The position numbers and the translations under genes are program-made. The notes under the pieces are model-generated. The model saw nothing but the letters and a program-made list of their open reading frames with translations. It did no database searches and was not told where the DNA came from. 64,000 bases of DNA from the human T2T-CHM13v2.0 reference genome, Homo sapiens. The DNA lies in assembly GCF_009914755.1 (NCBI RefSeq), contig NC_060930.1. One strand, written 5' to 3'. Numbering within the stretch: position 1 is the first letter of the stretch; each line of letters begins with the position of its first letter. Shown one piece after another: positions 44,564 to 58,145 of the stretch.

Positions 44564-46419
44564 AGAACAAATGTTTTAATTCAGGATTTAGGTGACTGCT
44601 CCTTTTAGAAAAAGAAGGTGCCAGTAGAAACTGAAATACAAGGAACTCAGCTAGTGGTCAGGAAGGAGCTTAGCTGGAGGTGGCGACTGTTTCGTCAGAA
44701 GTTAGTATCTGGTTGTCATTGTCATAGAGAGATCTCTGGTTTCTTCTTCAAAAGTCTTAACACAGTCTTATTTTAACACTCCTCTGACATTTATCCCTAG
44801 CACCTTGTTCTCCATAGAAAGGGTTTCAAATGATTCAATATTTTCTAAACCTTAACTGGATTTAATTCTCCCCTTGGTGACTGAAAAGATAGCAACCTAT
44901 GCACTATGCAACTGTTAACCTTCCCCCACTCAACAAAATCTCTTCCCTTAGTTTTTGAGGAATGAACTTGAGCTGCTTCCTAAAATTATCACTCAGTACT
45001 AGGAACTGAGACATTGAGAATACTGAGCAAGAATTTTCTACCAAGGTAAGGACCAAACAAACTCAAAAAACATTCCAGGATGAAAGGAAGTGAGTTCTCT
45101 ATTTGTCCCTAAGTCATCCTCTGCTCATGGAGCTACTCTCCCTTCCAAGGATCCTGCTGTCCCTTTGAAGGCCTCACTTATTTTAACCTAACAGTGGATT
45201 ATAGGGCTGTTCTGTTATTCTGCTAGTTCTCTCTGCAGCTTTCTTTTTCACATTGAAATTGAGCATCGAACAAGATAAACCTGCACAGGGAGGAATTCAG
45301 AGTGCTTAGCTGAAGTTGGTAGTAGTAGAGCACAGATGTCTGTGGGTGTCCAGACAAATTATTGGTCCCAACTCACGAAAAATATTCTACTAGATCCAGG
45401 AGTAAAGTTATTACTTTCTGAGAAGAGTTTCCTGTAGGGAACAAGCCATGAGGGGTTGGTTTTTCACTGACAAATATCAGATGGTTCCCCAGGGTGGGGC
45501 AGGAATGTTTCCCTTAGGAAGCTATTACTTCCAGGATGAGCTATAAACAAACCATTCTCTGTATTTGGTCTAATTAAACTATGCACATTTTGGGGGGTAG
45601 GTATAAAACAGAGATGCTGACATGCCAGCATTTATGCTGCTGACACAAATGTTCTGAGTATAGTTGATGTAAGCGGTGCTGACATAAACCTTCTCCTTGA
45701 GAACAGCTGCTAGAGGTGCTTTGTATTTCCACTATCTTCCAGTGGATTAACTTTAAGCATTGTCTGGGCTAAGAGTTGAAGCATCTTCTACTGAGATTTA
45801 ATTCCCTAATATGAAAAATTAACCTACCGATTTCTCAATTACTTACTTCTTTCATGTTAATAACTATTTAAATTAAAGCATGTTTTCTTTTAAAGTTCAG
45901 AATTAGATGAAGAATGCAGTACTGATTGTTTTTGTACTAGAGGCTTAGTTTGCAGAGCTCCTAGGATGACTAAAGTTCACTTAGTTTGGAGTGAAAAATG
46001 GAGGCATGACTATTATTGCATAAAATAAGTCATTTTATTTTTTTTATTTACATGAAACACAGATTTCATGTTAATGTGACTTGTCAACTACCTAGTTAAC
46101 TGACAATTAGCTGCCACTGCTGATAATTTTGTAGATTAATGAGATGAAAGGTATAAATGTTCTTCAAGGAGAATTGCACACATACTCAATACACACATAT
46201 TTAAAGGGTTTGGGACATTCTAAAGTCACCTCTGAACCAGATCAATAACCTCCTTCATTGATTCCATTATGTGATCAAAGATGGCATTTGCCACCTACAT
46301 TTGGTGGTAGATTATCCCCAGTAAGTCTTTTAGAAGATGACATCTTCACCCCCAGTGTCTTTCTTTAGTACTGATAATCAAGGATTTTGTGAATTAGCAG
46401 GATTTACTGGCTGTTGAGT

Positions 46420-46810
46420 GCATATCAGTTCAAGTCCTCCAAGAAGCTGATGCCAAGACAGGACTAGATACACAAGAAATTTATGGGGAGGAAACTCCTG
46501 TGAAGGGTAAAGGAGGAGGGAGCAGGAAGTGGCAGGTGAGCCTTCAGACCTGGAAGCATTAGAAGTCCCACATCAGTCAAGATGGCCTGATGGCCTGCCT
46601 CTGGCAACCCCACCTGCTCCATCTCTACCTGGAGAACCCTGGAGGAAACATTGCGTGGGCATGAGTGCCATGGTGGACTCGAAGGAGCAGCAATTGGAGC
46701 TGTCAGTCAACTGTGCTCCCCATGCAGAGTCTCTTGAAAGGAGGTCCAAGGAGTGGTTTCCATGGCTACCAGAGGAGAAAAGAGGGTCCTTGTAGGTGCA
46801 AACGTGCAAG
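46420..46810 (-). mobile_element. ERVL solo LTR (LTR16-family)
   Basis: AGTCCTCCAAGAAGCTGATGCCAAGACAGGACTAGA...CCTGTGAAGGGTAAAGGAGGAGGGAGCAGGA...GAGCCTTCAGACC and GCTGTCAGTCAACTGTGCTCCC match antisense LTR16A/C motifs. Confidence 0.7.
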
Positions 46811-47519
46811 TTCCTCTCTTCTTTTCTAACCCCACTTAAATTTTGACAGTTGCTCCTCTTTGGCCATTATGGCTTGGCCAGCCAAAATGTCACATATGGA
46901 CAGGTAATATGATATCTTCTGCCTTAGTTTTTTTTTTCTTTCTCAATACAATATTTATAGGCATCGTAATTGTTCAATAAGGGGATGGGGTGGAGTTAAC
47001 ATCCACAGATATTGAATAGATCAGCTTTATAACACAACCTTTACCTTTTGCCCTGGGCCAATGAACATCATCATCATCATCAAAACAATAAGATATTAAT
47101 ATTTCAGTGTGGAGCCCATACTACTCATCAAAATGCCACAGAAGCCATGCTAGTATTGAGTGCCTCTTCCAGCTTGTGGTCTCCGTAGGATTAAGTCCTA
47201 AGATGGATGTCCAGTTTTCATTTTCCTCCTGTTCCAACCAAGACCAAGAGGGCTATGGGATCTTTCTCTCATGTCCACTGCATGGGGAGAGAATGAACAA
47301 AAGACAATGGAGGATTCTTTTCACTAAACAGTGGAACAGGAGATGGGCTACTCTCCCTTGGGTTGTGTTCTCTGGGGGAGTGAGATGCAGTAGAAGTGCA
47401 CTGGGTGGGAGAACAAAGAGGTCTGAGAGAGTAAAGGGGCAGGGACAGGACGGGGCACTAAAGAGAGCTACCCTGTGGTAGTAAAGTGAAATGCTCCCAG
47501 GACTTAAGAGGTTTTAGAT

Positions 47520-47690
47520 AATTTATTGATTCATGCAACAAATAATTATGGGGCAGTTGGTATGTACCAGATAGAGTTCCAGGTGCTTGGGATATATCAT
47601 TGAACAAAACAAACATTCTTGCCTTCCTGTAGCTTATATTCTAGCAGGGAGATGCTAACATGTAAACAAGTAATAAACAAAATACATACG
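47520..47690 (-). mobile_element. L2 3' end
   Basis: ATTCATGCAACAAATAATTATG...TATGTACCAG...GTTCCAGGTGCTTGGGATATATCATTGAACAAAACA...GCTTATATTCTAG. Confidence 0.75.
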
Positions 47691-49449
47691 TAAATTATGT
47701 CTAAATAAATATATTACATATAAACTACAGCTTTTCTTAAAATTGGTTTTCAGCAGGAATTGCCTCATCTGCGATTACTAGAAGCAGAAGTCTCTTTCCT
47801 CAAGTTTCTTAGCTCTTTCAAACTTCTTTCACCTGGGACTCCTGTTTCTTCCCCTGGGAGAGAAACACTTCTTTTGCAGAAATCTATCTAGTATAGTTTC
47901 TAAAAAGCCACTGACAGAGTGAGATGTATTATGTAATTAATATCTTTGATCTCTGAAAAGCCTGCTTTTTAACTGGATTTTAATAAACTTCCTAAAACTG
48001 GTTCAGAAAATGTATTTAAAATATAATTGGCTAACACACACAGGTCTTCAATTTGAAATTCAATAGAATAAACCTGCCCAGAGCTGGGCATGGCACTGGA
48101 TAAAGAGAGCCACAAGCTTCACTGATTATGATCTAAAGTCCAGAACTCCTCAGTAATAAATAGGGGATGGGACAATAAAAAGTACCCAACTGCGAGGAAG
48201 GCAGACATTTCAATTCTCCCTTTGCTACATTAAACAATACAGCCTGCAATCTACAGTGACAGGAGGAGAAAGCCAAGTAAGAAATGATGGCTTCAAGTAT
48301 GTAGGGCTCACAATTAAACCCTGACCCCAGCCCTACAGCAGCTGGACATATGCAATTCCAACTAGATTTAATGGTAGTGCGTCCTCCCCGCACCCCAAGA
48401 ACTCTTTAAGGTCTTCTGGGTTTATCTTATTAGGATAAAACCCCCTAAATTAGTTGATTCATAATGCGATTTAAATGATATACTTTCAAAGAGAGGATAA
48501 ATGAATCATCGAGCTATTTCTCCATCCCAACCCCAGGCTTATACAGAGATTCTATTTTTAATGTCTTAAATTTAAAAAGCAAAAATTATCTTAGTAGCTG
48601 TGGGCAGTTGAAACTTTAATGAAATTTGATTAAGCCAACATTCAATTAGAAGACAATGTAGGTCACAACTAGAAATGATTTATAGGATGTATAGCAAGAT
48701 CCCTCAGCCCTGTTAAGATTAATATTTTTGAGAGCAGGCTGCACTCACTCTCCTCACCTCCTCTCCCCGCTGGCTCCATCTGCATTCTGCTGCCATTGTT
48801 CTAGTGAAGCTGCCCTCTCTGAGGCTACAGTGGCAATGGCTCCATCAGTCCTTCTCTGGCTCAGACTCAACATTCTTCACTTTTGGTCTCCTTTCTTGGT
48901 TCCCATGGCACTGCCTTTTCTTGGATCACTTCACCTGCTCTCTCAACAGATTCCTTTCACTTCCTTCTCTTCTTTTCCCCATTTCTTAGAGACAAAACCC
49001 CAAATACAGTTATTGGTTCTTTTCCCTTCAATATTATCCACTTCATAGTTTCTATGATTATGCTGTAAGCCCTGAACTTAGTTTCAGTTCTGAATACACA
49101 ACAATCTTCTAAAATCCCCCTTCATGTTAAGTTCAAAAGTCTGAACAGAAATTAACTTCCTTTCCCTTTCCCTCTTCTTCCTATGTTTACAATATCCTCT
49201 AGGATCTCTCAGTCTTATTGGCCAGAAAACATGGTCAGAATCATCTTCAAGTTTTTCTCCTCTCTCAGTCCCTACATTTAATTACACATCCAATCTACTA
49301 TTCTATTTTAATAATTTTGAATTTCTATTCCCAGTCCCACCTTCTATATATAATATAGGCTCATATGTATGAGACGTTCTGTCTGGATTATTACAACAGC
49401 CTTTTGACTGTAATTCCTCTCTCTCCTTTTCTTTAAGAAGTATTGTTCT

Positions 49450-49930
49450 ATTTCATATTATGTGCCAAGGTTGTGCTAGGAGCTTGGAGTATGAAAGGAA
49501 TTAGACCACCTTTCTTTGAGAGCTCACAGTGTAGTGGGAAAGACGGATGTGAATAATATTCACCTCTGTATACTATGATGAGCATTATACATATGAACAC
49601 AGTCCGAGGTGGCCCAGAGAGTGAGGCGGTTAATTCTGCCTACAGGAGGTAGACAGGGAGTCAACAAGGGCTTAAGTAGAGAAGGTGACTTTGAGGCTAG
49701 GTTTAGGGATGCATAGGATTTCACCAGAGGGGGACAGTCGTGGGGAAGGACATTCTTATTCAAGAGGACATTGCGTCCCACAGACATTAAAGAGCATGGT
49801 GTGTTTAGTAGCCTGGTGACCACTGAACACAGACCATGAGGTGGGCAGTGGGTGGACCTGAGGCTAGAAGGTGGATTGAGCCAGATCGTGACGTGCTTCC
49901 AATGAGGGATGTGGGTTTTGTTCTATAGAT
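49450..49930 (-). mobile_element. L2 fragment (a + strand L2 relic probably lies at ~48750-49410)
   Basis: TATGTGCCAAGGTTGTGCTAGGAGC...GAGCTCACAGTGTAGTGGGAAAGAC...GAAGGTGACTTTGAGGCTAGG. Confidence 0.65.
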
Positions 49931-51146
49931 AGTTTAGAACCAACAGTTTCACTTCCCACATCTAACTAAATGCCAAGGTCCGAGTGGACTCAACAAACTA
50001 ATGCTCAAATCTAATCTATTTTCTCCAACTCCATTGACCTTGCCTTATTTCTGGCTTTATTTTTGGAGGCTCCTAGTTAAATTTCCCTTAATAGAATGAG
50101 GACATCTCTATCTCATCCTAGCCATCAAATTAATGATATTTTCCCTCTCTTATAGAAAACAAATGGACTTGGTAATGTAAGGCAGTAACAGGATCTGTCT
50201 ACAAATTTCCTAGAAGACAATCTATACATAAAGTTATATATGTTGCATTTAATTTTCACTAAAATCCTGTGATAAACCTCCCTATCCAGAAATTTTGCTT
50301 GCTCATTTTAATCTGGCTACTAGAGAATGGAGAGGCATTTCCACCTGGGTCCAGCCTTAAATGACAATATGAGTGGTCAATCATTTCTGCCACCCTTGTT
50401 GCCCCAAGGGAGGTAATAAAAGTAGTTAGAACACCTGTCACTGAACTTGGATGTGCATGGTGAGCAAAGCCCTCCATATCTTCCTATTCAGGAGGAGTTG
50501 CCACATCTCCTCAGCGGCTCCTAGGCTGCTTAAGCTTTTGATATACCCTATGTAGACAAAAGGGTACAAAAGCAAGGTTGCTAACATCTAACTGTTGCCT
50601 TGAGTAAAAAACAAAAGGAATTACAGAACAAACGTTTGGCTAATTTCAAAGTGTCCCTTAGTGCTTGAAAACTTTGTCTTATTATTTTTTATACAGAATC
50701 AAAGTAGGCCTATCTTAGAAAAGGGAACATCCTTAATGTTGGAGAGGTTTTAAAATAGGCTCTCACTATTTCCAACCCAGATTATTGTGCTGACAAACTG
50801 ATGTTTTCCCCACTTCCTGTCTTTCTTCTCCAGTTATTTCACATTCTACTTTCTGATTTTGCTGTCCAAAATGCATATTGGCCACCTTTATGTTTAAACA
50901 CTCCAGTTTACTTCCTCTTGTTTCATAAAGTCCAAAATTGCTGGATATGGCCTACCTCCCTCTCCATCCTCATTGCCTATCTTTACCCAACAACAGCACA
51001 CGAAATTTCTAGGAATAACCCCCAAATATGTGGGAACTGCATGATTTGTGCCTCTATCAAATATTCATTTTTCTCTCTCTTTTTCTTTTTTCATAAAGAC
51101 AGGGTCTCACCCTCTAGCCCAGACTGGTCTCGAATGCCTCTTGATA

Positions 51147-51315
51147 CAGTGCTTGTGGAGCCCATGGATTGATTTCTGAAGGTCCTCGAACTTCCTGAAA
51201 TGAATGCTCATTTTGAGTAAGGTATACATTACAGCATTTTTTAGGGGTATAAGCTCCATATATTTTATAAGATTTTCCAGTAGGTCTTTAAACTCTAAAA
51301 GGTTAAGAAACACCA
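51147..51315. mobile_element. hAT-Charlie-type MITE relic (subfamily uncertain)
   Basis: CCCATGGATT...GAACTTCCTGAAAT...GCATTTTTTAGGGG...TCCATA...AGATTTTCC...AAAAGGTTAAGAAACACCA resembles hAT MITE termini. Confidence 0.45.
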
Positions 51316-52095
51316 TAAATCTGTTGAGAACTAGGACACAGATGACCAAATTTGACAGAATATACAAAGTAAGAATGGATGACAGTGTTGTAGAGTCTCA
51401 TCGTCAAGTATGGAATCTCATTTATAAAATGTAAAAACTGAGGCCCAGAGAATTTTAATGATTCGCCTGAGTTCATTTACAAACTAAACTACACAATTTA
51501 GATTTAACTGTGCAATGTCTTTTCCATTGTTTGCTTTTTCATGTATTTATTGTTTTATTCAATTATTATAGAGTGGAACATACTTGAAAGTGGCAACTAT
51601 GCCTTGAAATGATGATTATGATGGTGATGGCAATGATGATAAAGATGATTTTAGAGGAAATTATGAATAAGAAACATGTCTAAGACCAAGAAATATACAA
51701 TTATGTACTGCTAATTCTTACATATTTAGAGTACTCAATTTGCCTCTTAAAAATCCTGGATTATGAGAATTTATTGACTTAAGTCAACTGCATCCAACAA
51801 GTCAGGCAATTTCCAAATAATTGTGTGATTTTTAAAAATGAAATTCTCTTGAAATGTTGGATCCACTAATTTGCAGATCTGAGAACATGTTTTTCATATG
51901 GTACCCAATTGATTTATGAATTGCTTAAGGAAAGAAGTTGAAATTTACCTGAAATATCTTTTGTTAGACTATGCGAAGCAGAGGAACTTGCTTTACATTT
52001 TTGTTTAACCTTCACTAGGTAGTTCAAATCTCATTGTCGATTTTACTGATTTTTATAAGGTTATAGAAATGCTATTATTTTGTCAGAGAACTAAA

Positions 52096-52109
52096 GTGCC
52101 CTCTACTGT
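52096..52109 (-). promoter_or_regulatory. Candidate CTCF core motif
   Basis: Minus strand ACAGTAGAGGGCAC matches CCASYAGRKGGCRS at 13/14 positions. Motif only; binding not shown. Confidence 0.45.
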
Positions 52110-52658
52110 TTCTTCTCTGTTATTACAGCCAACTTTCTGTTAAGATACTTGATTTAACAGAAAAGTCGTCCTTACAGAAATAACCAGCAATAAATTCATT
52201 TCTGATAAAGATTCTAATTATAAAAAAGAAAATTATTATTGACTAAGCATTTTGAAGCATTTACATGTTTTATAAATTGACCAGTAAATAAAATCCTACA
52301 TATTTGCCTTAATCATATTTTTGTCACTTTAATCTTAAAAATTCAAATTCCACTTTATAAAAAACATTTCTACTTTTTGGCATTTGTTTCAATTCATTTT
52401 ACACAGCCAGAATTTTTTCACTATGTTGACTAGTATCTTTTTTAAAAAGATGACCAAAATAGATATATTTTTAATTTAAATATTCAGAAGCATAAGAAAA
52501 TTAAGAAGGGCCAATCACTATTTTCTGAATGTAATTAATGAAATTTATTACTGAGAAAAAAATCCTCTAGATGTCATGTTATTAACTTAAAAATAGAATC
52601 ATCTTACAAATTTACATATTTGCTTGTTGTAAACTTCAATTTTGACTAATAATTATGC

Positions 52659-52703
52659 ACGTCACTTCCCTTCACTAAAGTAATCCAAGTTAGCTCTGAG
52701 TCA
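52659..52703. promoter_or_regulatory. Candidate enhancer motif cluster (ETS-CRE composite plus AP-1)
   Basis: ACGTCACTTCC (52659-52669) is GGAAGTGACGT on the minus strand. TGAGTCA at 52697-52703. Non-repeat sequence. Confidence 0.4.
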
Positions 52704-54419
52704 TTTCAACCACTATTACTAACAGCATCATTAAAAAAAAAATGTCATTTCTTAGTCTTAAAATTTCAGTTATCTACATGCGTAGAGGCCTAGGATCTGT
52801 AGAGAACACTCTTTTACGAGTTCATAAATCTAATTATTTCAGAAATGTTTCACCCTTTCTCACTCTCTTTTTCATAGGACTTTTCCATCATTGGCAAGGT
52901 TTTAAAAATTTCCTAGTTTGTTGGTAGCTATTCAGTTCTTGCACAAAGACACAAATCTTGGCTGCTGGCCTTTTGGCATCTCCTAATTTTTTCATAGACC
53001 TCAATTGAACTTTCAGCCTGTTCATGGAACTTCAGAGGCTGACAATAGAAACAGCTCCTATTTGTCTTTTCACCCTTCACTTTTAATCCTTTCCATAAGC
53101 CACTTGAAAGTACAGTACTAGGTAGTTCAAGGATAGAGAGGGAGAAGACGAAAATCTATTTTCCCTCCATAATGCTTTCGGTATCCCATTTTCTTTTCAT
53201 CCAAAGACAAGCAAATTAAGCAAATAAACATTAACACTGGTAATAATCCAGCTCATGTAACTAAGATTGATGTTGGGTGAGCCTCAGTCTTATAATACAG
53301 TCATTTGAGCCTCTTCTGTTATGCCAGAATTAATCTGTAGAAGGAGCCATAAAAGTTCATACAAAAAAGGGAAAAATGGCTTAGCAGTGTGAAGCAGAAG
53401 CAAGAGGTGCATGCTAGAAAGTTGGGAGCTCACACTTAAAAAAACTACAGAACTCAAAATTTGCCATGACGTGCAGGTCCTTCTTGGGCCTGTAAATTAG
53501 GCAGTTAACGCCTTATCTGAACCCTGGGAAGAATAACTTTCAGTTGCTTTTCCTCGCCCTAACTCTTCTACAAGGAAAGAAGCATAGCCTGTCTGCTTGG
53601 TGACTGCTTGGACCCTGCTTCACTAAGTTGAGCCTGTCTGGATCAGAGCTCAGACCTGCCTCCATGTAAATGTAAAGGCCAAAGGCCTTGGATGGCAGCA
53701 ATTCTGGGTGACTAGGTAACTCTCCTTCAGGTAGGTTGCCCCAGGGATTGGGACACACTATTGTGGCTGATAATTTAAACTATAATCTTCACTCAAATCC
53801 TATTGGTAGTAAAAATGTTATGTTCACATCTGGAAGATGTTAGAGGGCCAATTTATTAGAGTGCCATTTGTTTCTGATGTATTTTTCCCCATGCTCTGAG
53901 GGCAGCTGCACTGTCAGCTATTGAGCTTGTAGGGCCAATAAGCTTCAGCAAATTCACACTGTAAATCCTCTTGACCAATGAGTTTTTATCCATGCTATAC
54001 TGAGTGTATTCTGCAATGTAAGCTGTTTAATTTGCTGTTGCCTCTGTTTCTGACATTTATTTTGTGTTCTAGAAAACCTTTCAGATTTATAATGTCTGAC
54101 AAAAACATATGGGAGTAGAAATGTGGAACCAATTACAAATAAGGGAAGCTTACTATGATGGCTATTAAGATCCAAGTTTTACATTGCCTTTAAAAAAGTG
54201 TTCACAGGAACACAGGATAAAAATAAATGACAATTTGGGATTGGTAGAAGTTCTTTAATATCCTGAGGATCACTATAAACTTCATGGAAGCCCAGGAAAA
54301 CTGGCTGATAACCATATCAATAGTAGGTGGAAGAAACTATGGCTGGCTCCCTAGGATTTGAAGGAAGAGGAATACAAATGTTGGATGCCACAGGTAGCCC
54401 ATTTCCTCAGGAGCAAGCT

Positions 54420-56870
<2,451 letters not shown>

Positions 56871-58145
56871 AACTAACTTTTAATTAATATGAAGATGGCT
56901 TTCATTATATCATCATTAATAAATCATACTAAGCCTAGATTTTGAGAACCACATTTATAAACAGAGGGGGTTGATAGCCATTTTATTCCTGACTGTGAAA
57001 AATATTTATTTAATCTCCATACAAGTTGAGTATACAAGCAAATTATTTCAGTTTAGTGCAGACTTGAAAAAACATTGATTTTATTGTTATTCCTAATATT
57101 TCCCTATTCTTAATCTTCATCTTTCACCAACACCACCATTCCCTCACCCAGCACCAAGGAAGGAAGGAACATGCTACTATCATGTTCTGATAGCTCCTGC
57201 TTCATAGACATGGAATCTGCAGTTGAAAACAAGGTTTTATCTTATCACTCTTTGTAACAATAGAACCCGCAAATGTATCCATTTATGGACCTAAAAATAA
57301 TTTAACATAATTGTAGTCTACTGCTTCTGCCTTGGGATTGTTTCTACACTAAAGTGCCCCTACAGAAGGCCAGAGAATATTGACCCAACCCTGATTCCAT
57401 CACGGTAATCATGCTAGTTGAAATTAGGGCAAGCAAAACTAAGGCCAATTTGACCTGCATTGAATCTATGATTCAAAAAATCTTATCTGTTAACTCCCAG
57501 TGGCCCAGGAAGGTCCATAAGGTTTTAAAATTCCAAATGCTATAGAAGTTATGTTTATCATAATAAGTTGTACATATTCATTTGTTTCTGGCATAAAATT
57601 AGCATATTAAAATTTATCTTCCCTATAAGGTTTCATCAAAAATTGACGCTTTTCTCCTTTAATTCTGGAAAAAGGTTTTGTAATCTCAGGGATAACCAGT
57701 TGGAATAGTTGATCAATAGGATTGCATACTTCACTGACACAGTCCAAAGCTTTAAAAAATGCAGCTCAAAAGATGTATTACACCAACTTAGATTCTCAAT
57801 CTGATATGGCTGTGAAGCCAATGGACTGTTTCATGAAGGCTTAACTTTTCAATCAGAAAAGATTGCTCTACATGTTAGAGAACTTTTATTTTAGAAACTT
57901 TTGTGATTATTCTTAGTGTAGAAACTTTTATATATATATATATATACTTTTAAGTTCTGGGCTACATGTGCAGAACGTGCAGGTTTGTTACATAGTTATA
58001 CACGTGCCATGGTGGTTTGCTGCACCCATCAACCTGTCATCTACATTAGGTATTTCTCCTAATACTATCCCTCTCCTAGCCCCCCAGCCCCCAACAGGCC
58101 CCGGTGTGTGATGTTCCCCTCCCTGTGTCCATGTGTTCTCATTGT

